64,000 nt of DNA, taken from positions 78,678,001 to 78,742,000 of the forward strand of contig OZ024742.1 of assembly GCA_964016885.1 (NCBI GenBank), written 5' to 3'. Positions 13,270 through 25,866 of this stretch are shown here, piece by piece. The translations under genes were made by a program, and so were the position numbers. Position 1 is the stretch's first letter. Every line of letters begins with the position of its first letter. The notes below the pieces were generated by a model. That model did no database searches. It was not told where the DNA came from and saw only the letters and a list, made by a program, of their open reading frames with translations. Source of the stretch: Eledone cirrhosa. Lineage: Eukaryota.

Positions 13270-13630
13270 AACTATACCGCTGGTACCACAATAACATACC
13301 TAGTCCACCCTCTAAACTGATAGGGCTTGTGTCGCAATAAAACTCACAGTTCACCCTGTGAATTGGTAGTGTTGGTGCTAGAACAAACCACACCTAGTTC
13401 ACCCTGTAATATAGCAGGACTGGTACAACGATAACATACCTTGTATATCCTGTCAACTGGTAGTGCTGGTGCTACAACAAAACACACCCAGTACTTTCAG
13501 TAAGATGTTTGATGTTGGGAAATATGAAACGTGTCACATGAGGTCACTTTGACCAGTCTGGTCTTGAATAATTACAGCTCATCCAACCCATGCTAGCATG
13601 GAAAGCAAATAAAAAAAAATGATGATGATT
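13270..13630 (+). mobile_element. Old retroposon 3' end with degenerate tandem units and RTE-type tail
   Basis: Repeated CACCTAGTTCACCCTGT.AA.TGGTAGTG.TGGTGCTA units; AACCCATGCTAGCATGGAAA...GATGATGAT at the end. Confidence 0.55.
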
Positions 13631-13712
13631 ATAACTATGATTAAGTGAGATATCTCCCTATTCCATGCAATGTATCTATTCTTATAATCTTCTAAACACA
13701 CACGGATATATG

Positions 13713-13754
<42 letters not shown>

Positions 13755-15099
13755 CACACATGAATATATAAATATATATACACACAAATGAACATATACA
13801 TATATACACACATGAACATATATATATATACACATACATGCATGAATATATAAATATATAAATATATAAATAGCCCTGCTAGGGCAAGAAATAAAATTCT
13901 AATTTTATTTTATAAATATATATATATATAGTAATAATAATAAATAATAATAATATATATATATATATATATATCAATACATACATATGTAAACACTACC
14001 CACCTCTATCCCTTTCTACACAAAGCACCTTAATTGCTATGAACATAATCCTTTGTAAGTGGTGGAAGATCTAAAACCAACAAACTAAGAATAGACATTC
14101 TTTTCAATTCTATTATTATTAGTAGTATTAGAAGGAGATTAGTAATTTAATTAGTGTCTATATGTGCAAAAATATATATGTGCACGTATATATATGTGCA
14201 TGTATATGTGCATGCACGTGTGTGTGTGTAAAAATGAGTATGAGGCAAAATGAAGAATATCGAAGGCAGCAAAAGTACACCTTTAAGTGTAATTGTTGTG
14301 GTTGTTGTTTCAAAATTGCATTCATATACTCATACACACACACACACACGCACACATATATATATAGAGAGAAATAGAGAGAAATAGAGAGAGAGGGGGG
14401 GGGGGAGACATAGGCATATATACTGTCAGTGACATAGCATGTGTGTATAATGTTTCAGCATATGTGTCTATGCAATTTATTTCTATAGATATGTAAATAT
14501 ACATATAATCATAACTATGCAGTAACATGTATGCATGTGTGTGTATGCATGTGTGTGTATGCATGTGTGTGTGCGTGTGTGAGCATGTATGGCAACATAT
14601 ATATGAATACATATATACTCAGATTAGCACTTTCCTTTCTTTATATTTTTACTGTTTTTATTTCTTTGTTTTTACTTATTATTATTATTTACTTACTTAT
14701 TTATTTATTTTTTTAAACAAAGAGTCCAAATGGAAAAAGCTTTTAATATTGATTACATCTTTCATTGCAATCATTTGCCTAAAACCACTCTCCTGTCAGT
14801 GAGTTGAAAATGGTCCAACTTAACAAATGCTTTTTAACACACAATACATTGTTGAATTTACTTTCACTTTACTCTTCTTCTTCTTCATTAATTTTCCACC
14901 CTCTCTTCCTCTCTTTCGTTCATTCACTCTTTCCTTTCTTCCGTTCATTCAATTTTATACATAGGTACATATTTACGTCTGAGTATATATAAGTATATAC
15001 ATATATGTGTGTGTGTATCTGTCTAAACATGTAGGCATGTGTGTGTGTGTGTGTGTATATATATATACACACACACATATATATATTCTCATATATGTA

Positions 15100-15240
15100 G
15101 GCACATGGCTTAGTGGTTAGAGCTTTGGCTTTGCAATCGAAAGGTTGTGAGTTCAATTCTCAGACCGGGTGATGTGTTGTTTCCTTGATCAAGACACTTT
15201 ATTTTACATTGCTCCAGTTTACTCAGCTGTAGAAATGAGA
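15100..15240 (+). mobile_element. tRNA-derived SINE head with CORE-like domain, family S2
   Basis: TGGCTTAGTGGTTAG A box, GAGTTCAATTC B box, CCTTGATCAAGACACTTT...CTCAGCTGTAGAAATGAG; related copies near 16490, 50700, 51880, 53420, 60800. Confidence 0.75.
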
Positions 15241-15268
15241 TGATAGGGACTGGGGTCCCTATCATTCC

Positions 15269-15434
15269 ACTGCAAAGTGGTCGTGGAGGTGCCACGGCAA
15301 AAAAGCACCCAGCACTCACTTTAAATGAGGTTGGTGTTAGGAAGGGCATCCAGCTGTAGAAATCAAGCCAGAATCAGTTCCCGTCCCACCCTTGCAAGCA
15401 GGGAAAAGTGGACGTAAAATGATGATGATGATGA
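15269..15434 (+). mobile_element. Chimeric RTE 3' fragment: family A UTR joined to family B tail
   Basis: 15269-15381 matches the A2 3' UTR; 15381-15434 matches the B end (CGTCCCACCCTTGCAAGCAGGGAAAAGTGGACGTAAAATGAT). Confidence 0.8.
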
Positions 15435-15484
15435 TATATATATATATATATATATATTCACACAACACACACATATATATTCAC

Positions 15485-15516
<32 letters not shown>

Positions 15517-15813
15517 ATACATATTCACATATACATATATATACACACACACATATATATATATGCATGTATTTGTATAAATATGTCTGTGTGTGTGTGT
15601 GTTTGTGTATATATATTTAGACATCAATATAGTTATTTACATTGAGTTGTGTTGTTATTTCTTTACTTTTATTCTGGTTATTGTTGTTTGCTAGTTCACA
15701 CACTCTGTTTAGACTCCCATGTGTGAGCATGCAACTTTAAAAACATGTGCATGTATATGAATGTATGTGTATATAACCCATGCAAGCATGGAAAAACATG
15801 TGTATAATAGTGG

Positions 15814-15851
<38 letters not shown>

Positions 15852-15892
15852 GTTATGATGATGATGATGATGGTCATCGTCGTCGTCGTCGT

Positions 15893-16262
15893 CATCATCA
15901 TCATCATTTTACATCCACTTTTCCCTGCTTGCAAGGGTGGGACAGGTCCTATTCAGCATTCCATCTCCCCACTTGTCACGGTCCTTCGTCATCTTCTCCG
16001 TGAGCTTCAGCGATCTGAGGTCCACTCTCACCACTTCCGCCTATGTTTTTTGTGTTCTTCCTCTACTACGTCTTCCTTCTACTGGCACATCTTGGCACTT
16101 CTTTACCCAGCGATCATCCTTCATGCGCATCACATGTCCATACCATCTCAGCCTTCTCTCCTGCACACTACAACTTATCCTTCTCATACACAGTTTCTCT
16201 CTCAACTCACCCATGCTTGGTCGTTCACGTACATTGACATTACACATCCAACGGAGCATGCT
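15893..16262 (-). mobile_element. RTE family B 3' fragment
   Basis: MLRWMCNVNVRERPS...ERRLRWYGHVMRM; (CAT)n tail. Confidence 0.9.
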
Positions 16263-17564
16263 AATGATGATATAAATATATATCCACCTATGGGTCCTGA
16301 TATAGAGGAAGAATTAACCCTAGCAAATGACTGATATTTATCACTCTTGAAAATATAAAAGGTAAAGTTGACTTTTGTAGGAATTAAACTCAGCCAGAGA
16401 AAATACAGCAAAGCAGTCTACCCAGTATTCTAATGACTCTACCAATTCATTAGAAATGCACATACACATGCGCCACCCTACATAAACTCATGCATGTTGC
16501 AAAGGAAAATGGCCCAGTTATTGGGTATTATTCTCACGACCATAAAGTTGTGGTTTCAATTCCTAGGACCCAGCAACAAGACTCTTTATTTCCTATTGTT
16601 GCTATTTACCTGTGCCAATCTATGTTGAAATTTGCTTTTCCTTGGGTGAACATTGATGGTGTGGAAAGGAGAGACAGACTTGCATGGATCACTGTTGGTC
16701 TTCTTTCGTGTAGGCGTACTCCTTCAAGAGAAACTTTCCAGTTGACTGAATATGGCCTTCTTTGTACATAAGCATTGATAGTTTCATAATTAAATTTGTT
16801 TATTTATTAAAAAAGGCATTTTTAATTGCTTGTTATATTAACCATCACATGTTCTACAATTCAAAACTATTCACTTTAAAATGTTTATATTTAGCTGAAA
16901 TCGTATGTGAGAATCTTTGTTAAATTATATTCCAAAACATAAACAAGATAATGATAAATTTAGTTGTATTATTAAAGACAAATTTTATTTTATTTTTAGA
17001 ATTAATTGAAAAATTTTAGGCAGTGTCTTTCATTAAAAATATAGGAATAGAAGTTTAAGCATTTTAAGTTTTCTTCTATGCAACATACTAGATAGTATGA
17101 TCATCTTTATGATGGTTCTTATCTATTTACATTTCTACTTACTTGCTGGTCAATCTCTCAACCAACCCCATACATCCAACTGTCTATGAAACATGACTAT
17201 TTTTGTACCTATCTAATCATCCAATTATTTTTTCTTCCTACTTTTCTTACCTATCAACTTATCAATTTATCTATATATCTAGAACAAATCTATTTCACTA
17301 GCTATCATATAACAATATATTTATGTATCTATGACATACTTGTTTACAAGCCCCTCCAACTATCTGTTCATCCACATTTACAATTCATTTCCATGTATCA
17401 GAGTAACTACACATTTATAGGTTTGACTATAGAGTTATACATCACTCTTCATATCAATCTAGATATATTTATCTACCTATCTAACTATTAACTTAAAATT
17501 CATGCCTGCATACACACACACACAGACCCATATATTTATCAATATGTATATGTATATCCAGAGT

Positions 17565-18973
17565 CAGTGTGTCAGAGAGAATTGTGATGTCATTGGAGAG
17601 AAGTGTATCCGGAATGATAAAGGTGAGCTTGCCCTCACAAGTGCCGAGAAGAAAGATGCATGGAAGAGTCATTATGATAGATTACTAAATGAGGAGAATG
17701 CATGGGAAGAAGAGACCCTACCCCAAGTAGACCCTATAGAGGGGCCAACAGTACAAGTCAGCAGCAGCGTAGTAAGTAAGGCAATCAAAGATATGAAGAT
17801 GGGGAAGGCAACCGGTCCATCGGGTATAGCTGCTGAGATGCTGAAAGCATCTGGGTCTGTAGGCCACACTATAACCACACGTATTGTTAACCAGGTAATA
17901 CTAGAAGGTGTACACAAGATGTACACAATGGGTACACAAGAGATGTAGCGGGATCTCAGGAAGCTTAATTAAGAATGTAGGCTTCACATGCAGCAGTTGT
18001 GCTGGGACAGCAAGCAGCAAACAGCGACAGGAAACAAGTACCACCAATCCCTGGGAGGGCTCTGTAGAAACAGTAGACAGCTTCTGCTACCTAGGTGACC
18101 AAATTAGCAGCGGAGGTGGGTGTTCAGAAAGTACAATAACTAGGGTAAGAACGGGATGGAAGAAGTTTAGGGAACTACTACCACTGCTAGCTGCAAAAGG
18201 CTTCTCCCTCAAAATGAAAGGCAGACTGTATGATGCGTGTATCCGAACAGAGATGTTGCATGGTAGTGACACCTGGGCGCTGAAGGTGGAAGACTTACGT
18301 AGATTAGAGAGAAACGAAGCCTGCATGCTCCGATGGATGTGTAATAGTAATATACGCGAACGACAAAGCATATATGAATTGAGAGAGAGACTGAGCATAA
18401 GAGGAATCAAATGCTGTGTGCAGGAGAGGCGGTTGCGTTGGTATGGACATGTGATGCGTATGAAGGATGACAGCTGCATAAAAAGGTGCAGAGCACTAGA
18501 AGTTGATGGAAACCGCGGAGTGGGGAGACCCAAGATGACCTGGGATGAGGTGATAAAAGCCGACCTTACCCAATTACACCTCTCAAAGGCGATGACACAC
18601 GACCGTGACCTCTGGCGTCACGCAGTAATACAGAGTACCCGACCGCCCATGGGTACAAGCTGAAGCATATAGACAATATGCCCCCACACCCCTTACTGCA
18701 AGGTGGTCGTGGAGGTGCCACGGCAAAAAAGCCCCCAGCCCACACTGTAAAGTGGTCGTGTAGGTGCCACGAAAAAGCACCCAGCACTCACTGTAAATGA
18801 GGTTGGTGTTAGGAAGGGCATCCAGCTGTAGAAATCAAGCCAAATCAGTTCCTGTATGAGCAAGGCATGGTCAGCCGACCAGACACTGCCCACAACAGGA
18901 CAACCCGTCTAACCCATGCTAGCATGGAAGAACGGACGTAAAACGGTGAAGATGATGATGATGATGATGATGA
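17565..18973 (+). mobile_element. RTE family A2 copy, 5'-truncated, with internal deletion of the RT core
   Basis: Matches ~46134-46476, then jumps to ~47250-48285; full 3' UTR and (GAT)n. Confidence 0.92.
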
Positions 18974-19135
18974 TAGACATACTTGCATACAGAATTATAC
19001 AACAATCTCCATAGAGACATATATATATTTCCTTTAACATCATGTTTATATATATGGCTGAAAATGAACGAACAAAAGACAGGAGGTAATTGTACACAGT
19101 TATATTAGGTTCACGCTTGGTGGATGTGGTGAAGG

Positions 19136-19171
19136 TTTCAACGTTTCGGACATAAGTCTTTCATCGAGGAA
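19136..19171 (-). ncRNA. Degenerate minimal hammerhead ribozyme in a Penelope-like fragment (~19050-19250)
   Basis: UUCC-UCGAUGA-AAGAC-uuau-GUCC-GAAA-CG-UU-GAAA; flank TATATTAGGTT.ACGCTTG shared with the 53662 element. Confidence 0.55.
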
Positions 19172-19273
19172 GTGCAGATAGGGAGAGTATAGGAACTCTG
19201 AGAGGGAGTAAGGAGGGTTTTAGGGAGGGAAGTTACAAAGTAAAATATACAATATATACAATAGACAGAGAGA

Positions 19274-19315
<42 letters not shown>

Positions 19316-19318
<3 letters not shown>

Positions 19319-20213
19319 TCATCATTTTACGTCCGCTTTTCCCTGCTTGCAAGAGTGGGACGGGTCTTATTCAGCACAGCAACTCTCTACTCGTCACGGT
19401 CCTTCGTCATCTCCACCGTGAGCTTCAATGATCTGAGGTCTGTTCTCACCACCTCCGCCCATGTTTTTCGTGGTCTACCTCTACCACGTCTTCCTTCAAC
19501 TGGCATTTCCTGGCACTTCTTCACCCATCGGTCATCCTCCATGCGCATCACATGACCATAGCACCTCAGTCTCCTCTCCCATACACTACATTCTATCCCT
19601 CTCAGACACAGTTTCTCTCTCAACACATTTATGCTGGGTCGTTCACGCACATTTACACTGCACATCCAACGGAGCATGCTTGCCTCATTTCTCTCCAGCC
19701 ATCGCATATCCTCTGCAGTTGCTGCCCATGTCTCACTACCATGCAGCATCGCGCTCCTCACACAGGCATCATACAACTGGCCTTTCGTACACAGGGAGAA
19801 AGCCTTCTTCGTCAACAGAGGAAGCAGCTCCCTAAACTTCTTCCAACCCGTCCTTATTCTAGATACTATGGCCTCGGAACACCCTCCTCCCATGCTAATC
19901 TGATCTCCTAGGTACCGGAAGCTATCCACCACTTCTATAGCGCCCCCCTGCATCTGAAAAATGTGTCTATCAATGCGACTTCTACTGTCTAATTTCCCTG
20001 TACATCTACTGCATACATATTTCTCCCTACCTGTTAGTTTGCCTGCTATCCCGCTACATCTCTTGTGTACCCAGGATCTGCATTGTGTGCATTTTATAGA
20101 ATTTATGCCAGTTCCTTGTCTGCATATCGAACATGGCCATTTCCCTGACGGAATCAGAGTTTTGTCCTCTTCTCTACTCATCAACACTTTTGTCTTAGCT
20201 AGGTTCACTCTCA
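19316..20213 (-). mobile_element. RTE family B, 5'-truncated, includes PHD-type finger
   Basis: VNLAKTKVL-WPCSICRQG...CTQCRSWVHKRC...CSRC-FRYLG...GRGRPRKTW; (CAT)n tail next to (TA)n. Confidence 0.92.
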
Positions 20214-20214
20214 T

Positions 20215-20281
20215 GACAACCCGTCTAACCCATGCTAGCGTGGAAGAACGGACGTAAAAAGGTGATGATGATGATGATGAT
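20215..20281 (+). mobile_element. RTE family A2 terminal tail, inverted relative to the adjoining B copy
   Basis: GACAACCCGTCTAACCCATGCTAGCGTGGAAGAACGGACGTAAAA + (GAT)n. Confidence 0.88.
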
Positions 20282-20674
20282 ATATATATACACACACAGA
20301 CACACACATATATATATACACACACACACACACATATATATATACGCACACACATATATATTATGGGTGTGTGTATATATATATATATATGTGCGTGCTT
20401 ATGTATATATGTATATATACACACATACACTTATATTCAAATATAAATAGATATTTCCATATGTCCAGCGCAACAGTTTTTTCTATATAACCATATTATC
20501 TGAATTCTTATTATTCTGTAGAAAAGCTTTTATTTTTGCTATCAATAGACATGTTAAGCTCATTCAATAAATTAATATATTCAGTACTTTATATATCGGT
20601 CTCTGCACATGTATATATATGTTGGTGTGCGTTTGAGCACAAGTATATATATGTGTGGATAGACACACACAAAA

Positions 20675-21074
20675 GTATATATATACATATATGTATATAT
20701 ATGTGTATATATATATATACATATATAAGTATATATACATACATACATATACATATATATATATATACATATATATATACTTATATACATATATATATAC
20801 ATATATATGTACACATATATATACACATACATATACACATATATACACATACATATACACATACATATACACATATATATATATATATACACATATATAT
20901 ACACACATATATGCACATATATATAAACATATATATATATATAGACACATATATGCACATATATATAAACATATATATACACATACATATAAACATATAT
21001 ACACACCCACATATATATACATATATATAAACATATATACACACCCACGCATATATACATACATATATATACAC

Positions 21075-21107
<33 letters not shown>

Positions 21108-21156
21108 ATATATACATACACACACACATACATATATATATATACACATATATATA
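20675..21156. repeat. Compound (TA)/(CA) microsatellite
   Basis: Alternating purine-pyrimidine run; source of the spurious Y/I/H/T-rich ORFs. Many similar tracts elsewhere. Confidence 0.95.
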
Positions 21157-21470
21157 TGTTAAGGTGTGTGAATATGTTTATGTGTTTATCCTGTTTTTAT
21201 ACTAAGTGTATTCATAAATAAAATCATGTTTATATGTTTATTGTCCTTGTTTTCACAATGCTTTTATGTTTGTTTTCCTTCTACCCATAGATGTTCCACT
21301 GTGTACTTGTGTATGTGTAGCTGTCTGCATGTGTGTCTAGGTGTGTGTAAATGTTGGTGCACATGAATGTGTGTAAGACACCCTTTGTGTGTGATTATTT
21401 TATTTATGCTAATGCAAGTGTGCATATAAGTGCATGCCTGTATGTAAGTATAAATGTGTGCATCTGTGTG

Positions 21471-21501
<31 letters not shown>

Positions 21502-21581
21502 CTGTGTGAAAATATAAGTGTGTGTATCAGTATGCATGCATTTATGTTACTTGTCTGTTCAAATCTACATATATTTGTATG

Positions 21582-21616
<35 letters not shown>

Positions 21617-21837
21617 ATCATAATCATTTATATATGATGATGATGATGATGATGATGATCACGATAATATACACACACACATATATATATATGTGTGAAT
21701 GTAGATGTGTATTTATGTGTATGTGTAAGAGTACATGTGAGAAAGAGTTTGTGTGCGTTCTGTTTTAGTGTCATGTAGGACAAAATACTGATATAGAAGC
21801 TTCCAGGTGAAGATTTAAATAGATAAAAACTACAATC

Positions 21838-21885
<48 letters not shown>

Positions 21886-22549
21886 TCATCATCATTTTAT
21901 GATGATGATGATGATGATGATGATATATATATTTATATATATATACACACATATATACTCATATAAATTTTCATGAATTATCTTGGAGAAATGATGGCCT
22001 AGATTTCTTTAGAAAGGCCAGAGACAGAAACTTATAAAAAAAAGTAGACAAAAACAACAACGACAACAACAACACCAAGAAAGCTATTTATTGAACCATA
22101 TATTCTGCAGACTATACAGTTCGATTATCAATTAGTCGGGTACATTGGTTGGGTATGTGGAGTAATGGTGGTGTTGATCATTATAATGATGGTAGTGTTG
22201 GTGATGTTGGCCATAGTTATAATAATGATGGTTGCAATATTTATAATAATAGCAGTGTTGATGGTGGTAATGATGATGTTGATGGTGTTGATGATAGTTA
22301 TAATGCTGTTAGTGATGGTGCTGGTGGTGGCAGTTGTTATAATGATGCTAGTTCATAATTTCAATGGTTTACTTATTATTCGATATGATTTATTGTTTTG
22401 TTTTTGTTTGTTTTTCTGTTTCTTTTATTTCTGATACAGCAGATTTATATAGATAATCGAAGGTGAAAGAAAACAAAATCTATTTATTGATGTGTGTGTG
22501 TTTATATATATATATATATATATATACAATCAAGACATATGTGTGTGTA

Positions 22550-22606
<57 letters not shown>

Positions 22607-22709
22607 CCCATGCTAGCGTGGAAAAATGGACGTCAAACACAAATGATGATTATATGGGTGTGATGATAATAATGTAGCTTCTACAGGACTAGAACTGTTG
22701 TATTCATGA

Positions 22710-22830
22710 TCATATTCTTTCGGTCATTATCCAAGATTTAGGACCCGAGGTAAGGGTTGGCATGAATACTGAATTGAAGATAATGTGTTTGGCTTTTACA
22801 TCTCTTATGACATTTCTTAAATCTGAGTGG
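22710..22830 (-). mobile_element. Highly decayed LINE RT C-terminal fragment
   Basis: KHIIFNSVFMPTLTSGPKSWIMTE resembles the RTE K..iy..i..p.l.yG.E.W motif. Confidence 0.45.
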
Positions 22831-24344
22831 TTAACGATCGTATTAATTATTTTACATCTACATTTCCTCAGACAGGGTTTACATTTTGCTGTAGTAGGCA
22901 TCGTTTAACCTCCGGTCAAATCTACTCTGACAAACTCTATCATGAAAGGTGTTCAATCTATGACCATCTGATTTTTTATTTAATAAATAAAGTATACAGA
23001 ATAATGTTATCCTCAAATAGCACCCTACCATCTTTGGGGTATGGGGGTGCTGCTATTTGTAGCAGGTTGAGTGACCACATTGAGATAGACTTCTCAAAAT
23101 AATTGATGGGACTAAAGAGAAGATCCACTGAACTTCTGTGCCAAAACTTCACATTTATGTATATAATTGTTTCCACTTTTGGCACAAGGCCAGCAATTTG
23201 GAATGAAGAAGGGAAAGTCGATTAAATTGACCCTAGTACGTATTACTGGTACTTTATTTTATCAACCCCTATAAGGATGAAAAGCAAAGTTAATCTCAAC
23301 AGGTTTATCTTTACCTTTCATCATGTGTAAATAATGTATGAATATTGACAATACATAAAATAATATAAAATACAAGCTGTACAGGTTTCTAATTTACATA
23401 ATTAATATTATTTTTTATTCTGATTTATTTATTTAAGTTTTTTAACATGTCTGGGGGGTCAATGAAGTATCAAGGATTCTATGAAAGGGGCAATGGTATA
23501 AAATGTTTAGGGTTCCCTTACATATATTTGTTCATATAGTGTGTTACTTGTAACTGCTGCCATGACTATATGGATTTCTCAGATTTTGACCAAGCAATCT
23601 TTGATAGAAGAAAAATTGCTTTAAATTATGAAACATGCCTGGCATGAATGGTGAAGGAAGGAGGAATTTAAGATAATGGCATTTCTACAAATGATGAATA
23701 TCATGGTGAATACCATTATGATGACACTTGTGACAATGAGGATGAAAATATTGATGACATGAATAATAGTGATGCATATTTGATGATGATGGATAGGCTG
23801 AAATATTAGAGTGCCAGATGGCATCCTTTGCAGTATCTGTTCCAATTCAATGTATTTTCAGTTCAAATCCAACCTCCTATAATAAGAAAATTGGTAACAT
23901 GATGAAATTTAAGGCCCATATCTTTAAAGCAGCCAAGAAAACTCCAATGAGGTGCAACCATATAGGTGGTTAGCTAAACCTGCACATGTGTGAGCCATCA
24001 CAATAACAACCACAGCAATACTTAAATCACACACTTACATATGTTTGAGTATCTGTGATGCAAGTGGAATGATATCAATTGAAGTGGAGTAGAGATGAGT
24101 GGAGATGGGTTGAAATGCTGATCAGATTAGATAGGAAGGAATGCTAGTTAGAAAAGCAGAGTAACAGTAAACAGCTAAGTTTCACAACCTTCTTGGTTAA
24201 CACTACCTCCTGCATCAACACAGGAACATAAACACACCTGGTCACCAGTCATGAATGCTATCAGATTCATTATTACAGCCACCAGTACAAACACCAGCAC
24301 CATCCTCAGTGGTAGATAATTGAATACACACACACTATCTATAG

Positions 24345-24518
24345 CAGTGGTAGCCAACCAGTGGTCCACGGACCATTGGCAGTCCGAGAGAAAGATTTTG
24401 TGGACTGCAAAGAAATTTCAATGTATTTATCTTTTTAAAAAAATTCATATTAGTGATCTGCAGGATTTAAAATTATGAATTTAGTGGTCCTTGAGGTCCA
24501 AAAGGTTGGTAACTATTG
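24345..24518. mobile_element. hAT-type MITE
   Basis: Imperfect TIRs CAGTGGTAGCCAACC / GGTTGGTAACTATTG; 8-bp TSD ATCTATAG / ATCTATAA. Confidence 0.75.
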
Positions 24519-24680
24519 ATCTATAATTTTGATCGGTCAATATTAACCTAGTGCTCTACAGGTTCTGTGTCTACCTATCAATCTGTCTGCCCATATATTT
24601 ATCTATTTATCACTTGTTTGCAATGTCTAATCCGAAACACACAAATACAGTAATAAAAAATTAAAATAATAATAATAATA

Positions 24681-24756
<76 letters not shown>

Positions 24757-25611
24757 CAATGATGACTGGAATGTTTCATAAAAGAAAAATGTAAGAAAGA
24801 AAATTCAGTTTTTAATCATAACCCTCTCTCCCCTTTACACTGCTCTACCAAATATAAAAAAAAAAAAATAATAATAATAATGTGAAATGACTTTTAAAAA
24901 GCACATCTTTTTGGTTTATTTTACAATTTTATCACTCAGCACAGCATCAACCTGCCACCTCTCTTCAATTTAGCAACCAACAACTACACCGATCACAACA
25001 CATTACATCACCACACTATGATACATTTAAATCATGTCAATTTACATTGCATTTTTTCCCCAACAATAAGTAGGTAATAGTGCCTCAAGTTATAAAAATA
25101 CTGCAACTACTACTAATACTACTGCTGCTGCTGCTACTACTATTACTACTACTACTACCACCACTAATAATAATAATAATAATAATGATATAAATAATAA
25201 TAGTAATAAAAATTAGAATACATAAGAAAAAACAAGGAAGAAAATATACATTGGTACGAGCCAATACATGTTCATCATGTTATTTGCATGTAAGACATTT
25301 TACATTTTATCAAGCAGGCAGTTAGACGCTAGGTCCTAGGTGGGGCACCACAGCACCATAAAGAGAAGCTAATGCATTTAGGTGACGTACAGCAATCAAG
25401 CTAGCTAATTTGAGCACTAGCTGCTAATGGCATGAAATCAGTAACAGGCCCTTCGGCTGGTTCAAGAGGCAATTGCAGGAACTAGGTTTAGAAATACGTG
25501 CTTGAGTAGCTAGTAAGACTTTGTGTAAGTCAGAGAGTGTATGTGCATGTGTGTGTATGCGTGTATCTGTGCATGTATATATATATATATACACGTGTAC
25601 ATGCATGTGTG

Positions 25612-25650
<39 letters not shown>

Positions 25651-25866
25651 TTAAACATATAAATACATACATACCCACAAACAAACAAACACACATAAAT
25701 GTGCACACACTCACACACATACATCAATAATTATGTATGAACGTGTGTATTTATATAGGTAATATGTATGTAATGTATATATAGTATTATTATTATCATA
25801 CTTTTTGCGTCCCCTTTTCCACTATGTACATATATATAATGGATGTATATTTATACACACACACAT

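Noticed and set aside
15100-15170. tRNA genes at A/B-box sequences
   Set aside because: No complete cloverleaf, and each continues into a SINE body
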